From positions 1 through 64,000 of the forward strand of contig JBDRKL010000010.1 of assembly GCA_043814055.1 (NCBI GenBank): DNA of 64,000 bases. The letters run 5' to 3'. The position numbers were made by a program, and so were the translations under genes. This DNA is from an archaeon (GTDB taxonomy: Archaea > Undinarchaeota > Undinarchaeia > Undinarchaeales > JBDRKL01). The notes beneath the pieces are model-generated. The model searched no databases, had not been told where the DNA came from, and was given only the letters and a program-made list of their open reading frames with translations. Below, in pieces: positions 1-9,668 of the stretch (the stretch's first letter is position 1; each line of letters opens with the position of its first letter).

Positions 1-574
1 CTTTACCATTGTTGCTGCGAATTTGTCTGATGTTAAGATGAATTTGATTTCTATGCCTTTGCAGATTCAGGATGATAATATTACCAGTTTAATTTTGAGT
101 GCGCCTTCTGCCGGAACAACCATTGCGTATTACATGGCGAATGAGACCACGCCGCAGTATGCGAAATATTTCTACTACAACAGCACGTGGAATGACGACT
201 TGAACCAGCTCAATAATCTCAAGGGTTTTGTGGTTACGAATACGCAGGGTTTTAATTTCACCGTGGTTGGCACAGTGCCCACAGGCGAGCAGAACGTGAC
301 GATTTACGCGACGAACTCAACCTCTGGGCAGGTGCAGGTCAACACTATCGGCTGGTATTCCTCAGTGCAGCAGTGCGGCCTGAACGCAACGCTCAACGAG
401 ACTGGGATGAGCTCGGGCGATACAATATCCTGGTACAACACGACGAGCAAGGAATTTGAAACAATAACCCACGATGAAACTGGCTGGAACGGCGACTTCG
501 CCTGCCTTGAGCCAGGCACTGGCTATTTCGTGACTGCGAACAATACATACAACTGGAGCTACAACAGCACATGA
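1..574 (+). CDS. Secreted/surface glycoprotein, 5'-truncated by the window edge
   Basis: Frame is open from position 2 (FTIVAANLSDVKMNLISMPL...). Rich in N-x-S/T sequons. Has two NLIS/NTIG...GF/GYFV units similar to those in the next gene. Confidence 0.75.
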   Translation, partial: FTIVAANLSDVKMNLISMPLQIQDDNITSLILSAPSAGTTIAYYMANETTPQYAKYFYYNSTWNDDLNQLNNLKGFVVTNTQGFNFTVVGTVPTGEQNVTIYATNSTSGQVQVNTIGWYSSVQQCGLNATLNETGMSSGDTISWYNTTSKEFETITHDETGWNGDFACLEPGTGYFVTANNTYNWSYNST

Positions 575-676
575 ATCTAACCGAAGGCACTCAACTAGCT
601 TGGCAAGGCCATTGCATCAAGCTCGTGATATGGCCTGCTCTTCCTCCGCAAGTAGCCGGAGAGCACATGATAAACA

Positions 677-684
677 TTTATATA
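677..684 (+). promoter_or_regulatory. TATA box
   Basis: TTTATATA starts 34 nt upstream of ATG 711. Confidence 0.5.
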
Positions 685-710
685 GACAAAAAAGTTATGG
701 GGGTTCAAGC

Positions 711-1937
711 ATGAATAAAAAATCAGCTATTATAATACTAACTGTATTCTTACTACTCATCTCCAGCGCCCACGCATACAACACCACGCTATGTCTGGTC
801 ACCGGCTACACCTACAACGCGTCAAGCGATTTGATACCTGACGCAGGCACTACAATCAACATAACTCTCCAGAGGCTTGACGGAACCGTAGGGTATCTGG
901 AAACCACAGTGGCAGGCGGATTTTTCCTGCATCTGTTCCACAACTGCACACCAAGTGTTGACAACTTCACAGTGCACGCCTGGTATGGCGCGTACTACGG
1001 CAATAACACGACAGCAGCTGATTACAATCTTGAGATAAATGTTACAACCAATGAGACTGTTGCGGTGAGCGCGCCGGAGAATTTTACGATTATGAGTAAC
1101 TCAACTGGTTTTGCAAATTTGAGCTGGTCTGAGGTGTCAGATGCAACGACATATAACATCTATTATTCAGACAATTATTCTAAATTGTTGGATCTGGATA
1201 CAGACTCATTGCCCGCAGGCGTAACAAACGTCACAGGACTAACTGACCTAAACTGGACTGACACAGGATCAAATGAGCTATACCAAAGATTCTACCGCGT
1301 TGCATCTGTGCTTGGCTCTACTGAGAATTTGAGCTCAGAAACAAAGGGTTGGTTGCGCCTTGAATATGCTAGTTCGGGGTTGACAATGCTATCTACCCCC
1401 CACAACAATTCGGTAATAACACTAGGTTTGGTTTCTTCTGTGGGGGACCCTCTGCCAACAATTCCTGCGAATAGTTTGGATTATATTAGTTTCTACAACT
1501 TTGGAAGCTGGGAGACTTCGACATATCGCAACATAGCTGGTTGGCGCTGGACAACAGGGGACATGAGTACAATTTCATTCAATCGTGGGTACTTCGTCAA
1601 CATACTAACACCATGTAATATAACCTATTGCGGCACTTTGCTGACTTCAAACCATACTGTTAATTTCCCGTCTACTGGTCTTACTATGGCTGGCTGGCCA
1701 TCATATACTAATTATACTCTTGGTTTAGTCTCGTCTGTGGGAGATCCATTGCTTACTGACCCTGCGAATAGTTTGGATTATATTAGTTTCTACAACTTTG
1801 GAAGCTGGGAGACTTCGACATATCGCAACATTGCGGGTTGGCGCTGGACAACGGGGGACATGAGCACAATGACGCCTGGCAGAGGATACTTTGTCAACAT
1901 CCTAACAGCCAACAACCTAACCTTTGCCATACAATGA
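711..1937 (+). CDS. Secreted glycoprotein with FN3-like segment and duplicated ~99-aa C-terminal domain
   Basis: Start reassigned to ATG 711, which gives a signal peptide (MNKKSAIIILTVFLLLISSAHA). FN3-like LSWSEVSDATTYNIYYS. Repeat PANSLDYISFYNFGSWETSTYRNIAGWRWTTGDMST occurs twice. Confidence 0.75.
   Translation: MNKKSAIIILTVFLLLISSAHAYNTTLCLVTGYTYNASSDLIPDAGTTINITLQRLDGTVGYLETTVAGGFFLHLFHNCTPSVDNFTVHAWYGAYYGNNTTAADYNLEINVTTNETVAVSAPENFTIMSNSTGFANLSWSEVSDATTYNIYYSDNYSKLLDLDTDSLPAGVTNVTGLTDLNWTDTGSNELYQRFYRVASVLGSTENLSSETKGWLRLEYASSGLTMLSTPHNNSVITLGLVSSVGDPLPTIPANSLDYISFYNFGSWETSTYRNIAGWRWTTGDMSTISFNRGYFVNILTPCNITYCGTLLTSNHTVNFPSTGLTMAGWPSYTNYTLGLVSSVGDPLLTDPANSLDYISFYNFGSWETSTYRNIAGWRWTTGDMSTMTPGRGYFVNILTANNLTFAIQ
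1464..1870 (+). repeat. Intragenic direct repeat, ~110 bp copies at 1464-1573 and 1761-1870
   Basis: The first 71 bp are identical and the remaining differences are synonymous. Period 297 bp. Confidence 0.9.
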
Positions 1938-2572
1938 CTAATCTAAAACTTATCCTGTTCATTGGATTGACCTTAACTTTATTGTTCACTCCAATTGCAA
2001 TGGCTCAGTTACCCTTTGTGGTCAGCGGGTATGTTTATCTTCAGGATGATTCTGTAGCACCAAATAATCTTGAGGTAACTGTTTATCAGGCTGGAAAGGT
2101 TACCAACACAGATTCTGGCATAACTGCGTACGGTGCTGGGTATTACCAAGCCACTCTAGAGCTGGAAGATTTTTCAAGCGGAGATTCAATTGTGGTGTCA
2201 TCGGACTATGGTACAAAAACAGTTATTTGGAATGGCGATGTGTCGCAGGGGATTAATTTAACATTTACAGAGGTGTACTCAGGTCCAATGGATTATAGTG
2301 ACTCTGAGAAAGAAGCAGCAGATGCAGCTCCGCAATCATCGCTGAAACCAAGCACAGATTCAACTGTTGACGGGGTGCCATCAGCTTCAAGCGAAGGGTC
2401 CGAAGCCCAGAATACAGACGGTGAACCCGCTGAATCTGCTGGCAAAAGCAAAATTTTGATTGTTACTACAGTCCTAATCCTTGGAATCCTTGCAATAATT
2501 ATACTTAAATACAAGTATTCCTTATGGAAATACCGTTATGACTTATGGCGGTCCCATCATAAGTCTATTTAG
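1934..2572 (+). CDS. Membrane-anchored secreted protein
   Basis: ATG 1934 overlaps the upstream stop (ATGA). Signal peptide, LPFVVSGYVY beta domain, acidic Ser-rich linker and C-terminal TM helix. Confidence 0.75.
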   Translation: MTNLKLILFIGLTLTLLFTPIAMAQLPFVVSGYVYLQDDSVAPNNLEVTVYQAGKVTNTDSGITAYGAGYYQATLELEDFSSGDSIVVSSDYGTKTVIWNGDVSQGINLTFTEVYSGPMDYSDSEKEAADAAPQSSLKPSTDSTVDGVPSASSEGSEAQNTDGEPAESAGKSKILIVTTVLILGILAIIILKYKYSLWKYRYDLWRSHHKSI

Positions 2573-2587
2573 AGGTGATATGATATT

Positions 2588-5500
2588 ATGGATTCAAAAA
2601 AACAACCAGGTTTCAAAATTTTGTTAGCGTTTGGTATCATCATGGTTTCTATGATGCTGATTCCAACTGTTGCCGCTCTGGATAATCTTCCAGCGGTAAC
2701 TCCGATGGTTCTTGATGGCTACGTAACCAAAGATGGGAGTACTGCTGTCTCTGACAACACCTCAGTACTAGCCTATGAAACAGAGGATACTACTCACAAT
2801 AATAGTGTTCTCACTCAATTAGGCGTTGGTTACTTCTCAGCAACCCTAGATCAGGATGAACTTGCTGCAGGCAGCAACATCACGGTCTATGCTAACAACA
2901 CCACGCACTACGGTACCAACACCACAGCATGGAACGAAGGCGCATCTCAAGTAATAAATGTTACAATGAATCTAGCATTGCCCGATGAAACAGATCCAAC
3001 AGTCAATGCAATGTCACCTGGTAATTCTACTGAAGGGAACAGTGAGAACTGGACAACTAGCTACACTGTAGATTTCCAATACAATACTTCTGATTATTAT
3101 ACTGTCAGTTCATGTGAGCTCGTGATAAATGACTCAGTTATGAACACAAGCGGCTCAATAACTGAGGACACCCCTCAGAATCTCACCTACAACTTTGTCT
3201 ACCAGAACAATTCAAAAGCCTATTCTTGGTATGTCAACTGCACAGACAATTCTAGTAATGAGGGGCAGAGCACTGTTTATTACTTCAATCTCGAAGTTCC
3301 AAACGCAGCCCCAATTCTCAGCGCCGCAGTGATGGACTACACAAACGAAACAGGCATACCGTCAAATTCAACTTACCCAACATTCACGAACCAAACCGTT
3401 CTGTTCAACGGCTCTGCAACAGATGCTGACAACGCAATCTGGTACATGATAGTCTGCAACACTACTGCGCTGAATGAATCTACCAATTTGACTTGCAACG
3501 AAACCTCATACTGCAACGGCAGTGTGGTTTCTACAGGCGCAGCATCAACCTGCACTCTTGCGCTTGACACTACCTACACAGCTGAAAACTACACATGGGC
3601 TGCATTTGCCTGCGACGGCTCAAACTGCTCCTTGTTCAACAACACATACGCTCCATTCCACGTGAACCACATGCCATCTCCAAGCGTTGCTCCAACAGTT
3701 AATAATACCGACCCCAGAGTTGCGGACACATTGAACTGCACAGCAGGAACTTTTGCAGACTCTGACTCAGGCGACACTGAAACCACTGACTCCAGGGAAT
3801 TCAATTGGTACAACAACACAAGCGCGCTAAGTGGCCAGACCAACGCAACCCTAAGCCTGTCCGGAGCAGGCCTGCTCAAGGGCAACAACATAACCTGCGC
3901 AATCAAGGTATACGACAACCACGGGTTTGCGGCAGCAGACTACAACAACTCCTCAAACTATGCTGTGATAAACAACACAGCGCCAAGCGTATCTGCAATA
4001 AGCATAAACGGCGCCGCTACAAGTGTGGTCTACAGCGAAGACCTGACCTGCACAGCCACAGCAACCGACGCTGATACTGCGGACACGATCCAGTACAACT
4101 TCACATGGTACCTGAATGACACAGTGTTCAACGTAAGCACTGGTTACTCAGCTAACAATTATACCATAATGCCCAGCGACAACACCACAATAAACGAGAC
4201 TTGGAACTGCAGCGTGATAATCAAAGATGATTCTGATGCCACAGACACTCTGGCCTCAAGCAACGTAACCATAGTGAACGCAACGGTTTACAACGCGTCA
4301 TTAACCGCCAACGCAAGTGCAACAACCGTTGCCCAGAGCACAACCGCGTCATACACTGTAAATCTCACAAACAGTGGAAATCAGATAGACAACTACACGG
4401 TAACCTTGACAAATACAAACAGCGCAGACTCTGCAACAATAAACGGCAGCTCCAGTCAAAATGTCACCGACTTGGATGCAGGCGGAGTAGTGCAGTTCGT
4501 AGTGAATGTTTCAGACGCAACTGTGGGTGAATACAACGTTACCTTAACTGCAGTATCTGCAGGAGGGGTGACCAACGGTAGCGACAGCAACGCTACCCAA
4601 GTCCTCACAACAACCGTGGTCGACCTAACCAACCCAACTGTTTCAGGAATAAGCTGCTCGCCAAACCCAGCAACAATGGAAAGCGGCTTAGTTACTTGTA
4701 CTGCAACAGTGGCTGATAACATTGCCATAAGCGCAGTTTCAGCCAACATAACCCACCCAGGCAGCTCGGTCACAGAGCAGTCCGGCACAGTAGGCGGTTC
4801 AGTTACCTTCTCAAACCTGAATGAGTCAGGTATTTACACAGTAAAATACATTGTGAACGATACTGCTGGCAATAATAACACTACTGAAACCACGACATTC
4901 AACGTGAGCTACGGAACAGCAACACCAACCATAACTGTAACTCCAAACTCAACACCTGCGTACGGCTCCTGGTTCTTCGTGAACGCGACCATAGCTGCAA
5001 CAATCGGCGACCTTTACGAGTGCAACGCGACAGTTTACTCAAGCAACGAGGCGCTTGCTAATACCAGCACGGTGCACACACTTGGCGGCGGCAACGCAAC
5101 TAACGGCACATCAATAACCAACACAACCTGGAACTTCACTATGGCAAACTCAACAGGAACTGTGACAATAACTGTCAACACGACCTGCGTGAACGGAACT
5201 GCAAGCACTGATGCTGAAAATGTTGTAGTGACTGACTATGTTGCGCCTATTGTAACCGCAATCTCACCGAACAACACGACCATAAACATGAGCGTTGCAA
5301 CGTTCTCCTACAACGTGACGGACATATCAACCATAGCAAGCTGTGAGCTGATATTGAACAACAGCGTTGCCCTGACCGATACCACTATCACAAAGGACAC
5401 CACGCAGTACTTCTACAAGACTGAGCTTGTTGATGGTGCCTACAACTGGAGCATAAACTGTACTGACAATTCAACCAACTCTGTAGAAGGCGCGTCCGCA

Positions 5501-6592
5501 ACAGGAAACATCACTGTGTCAATAAACACAAGCGACCTTGACGATGACGATGTGAATGACTCCTCAGATGCTCTCATTGGAACGAACACCACAATAAACA
5601 GCTCCACAATTCGAAACCCTGTTATATATGTCAACGACAGCGGCAACCTGACACAGGATTTCCACGGTCAGAACTTCTACGTGAATGTTACTGACAATGG
5701 AACACTGCGAATGAGGTTCAACTGGACCTTTAGCAACTCCAGCCCGCTGAACCTATTCAACATCCGTATTGACACGCAGGCAGAAGGCTCGGCTGCGGGT
5801 GGAATAATCGTGGGCAACCTCAGCGTGTCAAAGACAGTCTACGTGGACAACATATCTGGCGCAAATTCAGTGTGCATAAAAGACTCGACAACAGCAACGT
5901 CGCTTGCGTTGGTTTCATCAGGTTGCACCGCAGCTGACGAAACTCAAGTGAATTGCACAGGAACCAGCGTAACCGGTCCAAGTGGGCAGACATACACCTG
6001 CACTGGCTCAGGCGGAATCTACACAGTATCCGGCGTGACGCACTCGGCAGTTACTGAGCAGGCATACGTCTCTCCTGATGCACCAGCAGTACCAACTACG
6101 TCAGGCGGCGGCAGCGGCTCACCTGGTCCATCCTTCCTGCTAAATCCTGGCAAGAAGGTTACAATGAACCTCTATGCAAACCAGAAGGTTTCTTACAGGG
6201 ACGTGAACGACGAGCCGCACACAATCAGCCTGAACGAGGTTGGCGCGGATTATGTAGTGTTTGAATTTGAGTCCGAGCCTTTTGCAGTGACGTTCAACCT
6301 TGGGCAGTCCAAGAAAGTGGATGTGAACAAGGACGGCGTGGATGATATGGAAATAACGCTTGACGCAATCTCTGGAACAAAAGCTACGGTGACCTTTGAC
6401 ATCTACGAGCTGAATGCGCCTGAAGTCGTGCCTGAACCTGAGCCTGAGCAAGAAGTTCAGGAAATAGAGACAGCGCCGCCTGAAGCTGAAGCGCCTGAAG
6501 AGGCTGGAAGCGGAATGCTTGTCGTGCTCGCACTTGTAATAATAGTGCTTGCGGCTGGAATCGCCTGGAAGCTCGGCTACATCAAAAAATAG
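2588..6592 (+). CDS. Large S-layer-like / Ig-repeat surface glycoprotein
   Basis: SD GAGGTGA, signal peptide, very dense N-x-S/T sequons, Ig-like repeats (YxWxxNCTDN), PE-rich stalk and C-terminal TM followed by KK. Confidence 0.85.
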   Translation: MDSKKQPGFKILLAFGIIMVSMMLIPTVAALDNLPAVTPMVLDGYVTKDGSTAVSDNTSVLAYETEDTTHNNSVLTQLGVGYFSATLDQDELAAGSNITVYANNTTHYGTNTTAWNEGASQVINVTMNLALPDETDPTVNAMSPGNSTEGNSENWTTSYTVDFQYNTSDYYTVSSCELVINDSVMNTSGSITEDTPQNLTYNFVYQNNSKAYSWYVNCTDNSSNEGQSTVYYFNLEVPNAAPILSAAVMDYTNETGIPSNSTYPTFTNQTVLFNGSATDADNAIWYMIVCNTTALNESTNLTCNETSYCNGSVVSTGAASTCTLALDTTYTAENYTWAAFACDGSNCSLFNNTYAPFHVNHMPSPSVAPTVNNTDPRVADTLNCTAGTFADSDSGDTETTDSREFNWYNNTSALSGQTNATLSLSGAGLLKGNNITCAIKVYDNHGFAAADYNNSSNYAVINNTAPSVSAISINGAATSVVYSEDLTCTATATDADTADTIQYNFTWYLNDTVFNVSTGYSANNYTIMPSDNTTINETWNCSVIIKDDSDATDTLASSNVTIVNATVYNASLTANASATTVAQSTTASYTVNLTNSGNQIDNYTVTLTNTNSADSATINGSSSQNVTDLDAGGVVQFVVNVSDATVGEYNVTLTAVSAGGVTNGSDSNATQVLTTTVVDLTNPTVSGISCSPNPATMESGLVTCTATVADNIAISAVSANITHPGSSVTEQSGTVGGSVTFSNLNESGIYTVKYIVNDTAGNNNTTETTTFNVSYGTATPTITVTPNSTPAYGSWFFVNATIAATIGDLYECNATVYSSNEALANTSTVHTLGGGNATNGTSITNTTWNFTMANSTGTVTITVNTTCVNGTASTDAENVVVTDYVAPIVTAISPNNTTINMSVATFSYNVTDISTIASCELILNNSVALTDTTITKDTTQYFYKTELVDGAYNWSINCTDNSTNSVEGASATGNITVSINTSDLDDDDVNDSSDALIGTNTTINSSTIRNPVIYVNDSGNLTQDFHGQNFYVNVTDNGTLRMRFNWTFSNSSPLNLFNIRIDTQAEGSAAGGIIVGNLSVSKTVYVDNISGANSVCIKDSTTATSLALVSSGCTAADETQVNCTGTSVTGPSGQTYTCTGSGGIYTVSGVTHSAVTEQAYVSPDAPAVPTTSGGGSGSPGPSFLLNPGKKVTMNLYANQKVSYRDVNDEPHTISLNEVGADYVVFEFESEPFAVTFNLGQSKKVDVNKDGVDDMEITLDAISGTKATVTFDIYELNAPEVVPEPEPEQEVQEIETAPPEAEAPEEAGSGMLVVLALVIIVLAAGIAWKLGYIKK

Positions 6593-6597
6593 GGGAC

Positions 6598-6632
6598 TAA
6601 ACAGGGGGCTTCCAAAGCCCTCTTTGTTTAAT
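6598..6632 (+). terminator. Hairpin plus T-rich tract after the S-layer-like gene
   Basis: AACAGGGGGCTT-CC-AAAGCCCTCTTTGTTT is an imperfect inverted repeat right after the stop. Confidence 0.5.
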
Positions 6633-6642
6633 TTGGGGAGAA

Positions 6643-7704
6643 ATGAATATTCAAGTATCCAATTTCTTAAGCGGCATAATGTATGGCGACCTGATAACCG
6701 CGGTTATCGTCATATTTGCCTCTGTAGTGCTGGCTAAAATTGCTTACCACGTGATAAATACTACCATCCAGAGGCTTGCCAAGAAAACGCACACAACGCT
6801 TGACGACCAAGTTGTAAAGGCGGTTTCACGCCCGGTTTTCATAGGGTTCATTCTTGCAGGGTTCAACACAGCAATTTACATTGCTGTTTTTCTTGAGCCC
6901 TATTTGAGCATTCTGGAAAAGGCATTCGCCGCCCTGTGGATATTATGGGGCGCGCTCCTTGCGATGCGCCTGGTTGACACCGCGCTTGAATGGTACCTGA
7001 CCGAAATCTCAGAAAAGACCAGGACGCGGTTTGACAATCGCTTTGTCCCAATAATACGCAAGCTGGTTAACGGCTTCATATACGCAATAGCAATAATACT
7101 CCTGCTCAACCGCCTGGGTGTTGAGATTTCTCCAATGCTCGCAGGGCTTGGCATAGGTGGTCTCGCAGTGGCTCTCGCCCTGCAGGAGACACTCTCAAAC
7201 TTCTTCTCAGGCGCATACCTAATCACAGAAGGTGCGATAAAGCTCGGCGATTATATAGAGCTTGAGACCGGGTTGCGTGGGCAGGTGCAGGATATAAGCT
7301 GGCGCAGCTGCAAGATAAAAACCTGGGCGGACAATCTGGTCATAATACCAAACAGCAAGCTAGCAAGCAGTATTGTTACGAATTTTCACGCTCCTTCAAA
7401 GCCGCTCAAATTCATAGTTGACTGCGGGGTCTCATACAATTCTGACCTTGAAAAGGTTGAAAAGGTCACGCTTGATGTTGCTAAGCAGGTTATGAAGAAG
7501 TGGAAAATCACGAATTTTGAGCCGGTCATGCGCTACCGCGAATTTGGCGACTCAAACATCAACTTCAAGGTCGTGCTCAAGGCGCCCTCCTTCGGCGACA
7601 GCTACGAGATAATGCACGACTTCATCAAGGCGCTACACGCCCGCTTCAAGAAGGAAAAGATAGAAATATCCTGGCCGGTTCGAAAACTTTATATGTCAAA
7701 GTGA
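6643..7704 (+). CDS. mscS: Small-conductance mechanosensitive channel
   Basis: GLGIGGLAVALALQETLSNFFSG and GDYIEL...IIPNSKL MscS motifs. Confidence 0.92.
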   Translation: MNIQVSNFLSGIMYGDLITAVIVIFASVVLAKIAYHVINTTIQRLAKKTHTTLDDQVVKAVSRPVFIGFILAGFNTAIYIAVFLEPYLSILEKAFAALWILWGALLAMRLVDTALEWYLTEISEKTRTRFDNRFVPIIRKLVNGFIYAIAIILLLNRLGVEISPMLAGLGIGGLAVALALQETLSNFFSGAYLITEGAIKLGDYIELETGLRGQVQDISWRSCKIKTWADNLVIIPNSKLASSIVTNFHAPSKPLKFIVDCGVSYNSDLEKVEKVTLDVAKQVMKKWKITNFEPVMRYREFGDSNINFKVVLKAPSFGDSYEIMHDFIKALHARFKKEKIEISWPVRKLYMSK

Positions 7705-7755
7705 TGCATAGCCTTATAAATCGCAGGTCATAATCACAATAAAAAGGTTGGTATA

Positions 7756-9231
7756 ATGGCAAAAAAGAAATCTAAACCAAAGAAAAAAGATGCGCTTGGC
7801 CCGCTTAGCAAGTGGAAAGCAGCGCATGAAGATTACAATAAACAATTATTGCTCCTCCCGCTCGGGGTTGCGATAATTCTAGTGGCGCTGGGCGCAATGT
7901 ATTTTATGTCCAGTCCAATGCCTGCAGAAACCGGCGTGGTTGCAGGCGACACAGTCTTTGTAACTTACAAAGGCACATTAACCGATGGCACTGAGTTTGA
8001 CTCCGGCGAACTCTCCTTTGAAGTCGGCGCTGGCCAGATGATACCTGGCTTTGACGCTGGAGTTGTTGGAATGGAGCTCAACGAGGAGAAAACATTTGAG
8101 ATTCCTCCTGAAGACGCGTACGGCGCTTATGACGAGAATATGATGATAGAGGTTCCGCGTGTTCAGGAATTTGACAAGGTTGACTGGATTGAAAAAGACA
8201 TTTTGGCGACTGCTGTAACAGGCGAAATAAAGAAGGGTGCAGTGCTTTACGCTGCGCCTTTTGACTGGGATATAAAAATTATTGATATTATCGGCACTAA
8301 CGTGACATACGAGCACATGCCGCCTGCGGTCGGAACTGTGGTAATGCCACAAGGTCAGCCGTGGGGCTACAAGATAACCGCGATTGGAAAAGATACACTT
8401 ATTGTAACTGCAGAAGTTAAGGAAGGCGCGCTCATAAGCACAGGCACAGGAGTTGCTGCAGTTACCCAAGTCACAGATAAATCTGTAATAGTTGACATGA
8501 ACCACGAGCTCGCAGGAAAAACCCTGGTCTTTACTGTAACGGTTACAAACATACAGAAAGCAGAGAAAGCTGAAAAGGCTGAAGTTCTCGCGTTCATAAT
8601 GGCTGAGTGTCCATACGGCAGGCAGGCAATGTCCGGAATTGCTCCTGCTGCGATTGCGCTAGGCAGTGCGGTTGAGGTTGAGCCTGTTTACATAATGTAT
8701 CCATATGAGTGCCGCGAGGAAGGAGTTGCGTTTGAATGCAATTACAATGGCCAGTGGGTCCCAATGGACAAGGCTGGATGTGTTGAAAACCTAGACACAA
8801 CTGAAACTGATAATTATTTCTGCGCAATGCACGGCAAATCAGAGAGCATGGAGAACCAGAGGCAGCTCTGCATATACAACGAGCAGTCTGACAAATACCT
8901 TGCGTACATGGAGTGCATGAACGAGGGCGCGCCTACGAGCGTAATGCCGGTCTGGACTCAGTGCGCTGAAAAGGTTGGGGTTGACACTGTGGCTGTTGAA
9001 TCCTGCAGAAAAGCTGGAAAGGCAGTGCAGTGGATAAATAATGGTGTGGTTCTCAGCGAGGAATACGACGCTTGGGGCTCACCTGCAATATTCGTGAATG
9101 GCAAGGCATACTCAGGCGGAAGAGCCGCAGAGGATTACAAGTCAGGTTTCTGCTCAGTGCTTGACCCACAGCCGGCAGGGTGCACTGGAACTCTTTCAAC
9201 AGAAGTAACAATCGGCGGAAGCTGCGGATAG
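7756..9231 (+). CDS. Membrane-anchored FKBP-type PPIase fused to a thioredoxin-fold (GILT/DsbA-like) domain
   Basis: YKGTLTDGTEFDS, GQMIPGFD and DMNHELAGKTLVF (SlyD-like FKBP). C-terminal FIMAECPYG...AMHGKSE...GSPAIFVNG. Confidence 0.8.
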   Translation: MAKKKSKPKKKDALGPLSKWKAAHEDYNKQLLLLPLGVAIILVALGAMYFMSSPMPAETGVVAGDTVFVTYKGTLTDGTEFDSGELSFEVGAGQMIPGFDAGVVGMELNEEKTFEIPPEDAYGAYDENMMIEVPRVQEFDKVDWIEKDILATAVTGEIKKGAVLYAAPFDWDIKIIDIIGTNVTYEHMPPAVGTVVMPQGQPWGYKITAIGKDTLIVTAEVKEGALISTGTGVAAVTQVTDKSVIVDMNHELAGKTLVFTVTVTNIQKAEKAEKAEVLAFIMAECPYGRQAMSGIAPAAIALGSAVEVEPVYIMYPYECREEGVAFECNYNGQWVPMDKAGCVENLDTTETDNYFCAMHGKSESMENQRQLCIYNEQSDKYLAYMECMNEGAPTSVMPVWTQCAEKVGVDTVAVESCRKAGKAVQWINNGVVLSEEYDAWGSPAIFVNGKAYSGGRAAEDYKSGFCSVLDPQPAGCTGTLSTEVTIGGSCG

Positions 9232-9233
9232 AA

Positions 9234-9668
9234 TTATTTCTTTGGGCACTCTTTGCAGTGCCTGCATTCTTTCTCAACGTATTCCGAAGGCTCGCCAGCC
9301 TGCTTTTTGCGATAATCTTCAATCGCGGCGTGGAGTGCGTCAGCTGCCAGATTTGAGCAGTGCATCTTGATTGGCGGGAGCCCTTCCAAGGAGTCCGCAA
9401 CGTTTTGATTTGAAATCTTCATTGCCTCATCAAGCGTTTTGCCCTCTGCAAGCTCAGTAATCATTGAAGAAGTCGCAATCGCTGCTGCGCAGCCCATTGT
9501 CTTGAATTTTACTTCAGTAATAACATCATCCTTAACCTTGATGTAAACCCACATCACGTCGCCGCAGGTTGGATTTCCTACCTTTCCAATGCCGTCAGCA
9601 TCTGCTATCTCGCCCATGTTGTGGGGCTTATTAAAATGGTCCATTACTTTGTCAGTATACATTGCCAT
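9234..9668 (-). CDS. iscU: Fe-S cluster scaffold IscU/NifU
   Basis: GNPTCGD, GCAAAIA and LPPIKMHCSNL motifs. Confidence 0.95.
   Translation of the reverse strand: MAMYTDKVMDHFNKPHNMGEIADADGIGKVGNPTCGDVMWVYIKVKDDVITEVKFKTMGCAAAIATSSMITELAEGKTLDEAMKISNQNVADSLEGLPPIKMHCSNLAADALHAAIEDYRKKQAGEPSEYVEKECRHCKECPKK

Noticed and set aside
600-710. N-terminal extensions in the ORF track (also 1838, 11390, 28125, 30540, 40601, 52898)
   Set aside because: Downstream ATGs fit signal peptides, family N-termini, TATA spacing or stop/start overlaps better.
1464-1870. Repeat pair as a diversity-generating retroelement TR/VR
   Set aside because: Both copies are in frame in one gene, the differences are synonymous and not adenine-specific, and no reverse transcriptase is in the window.
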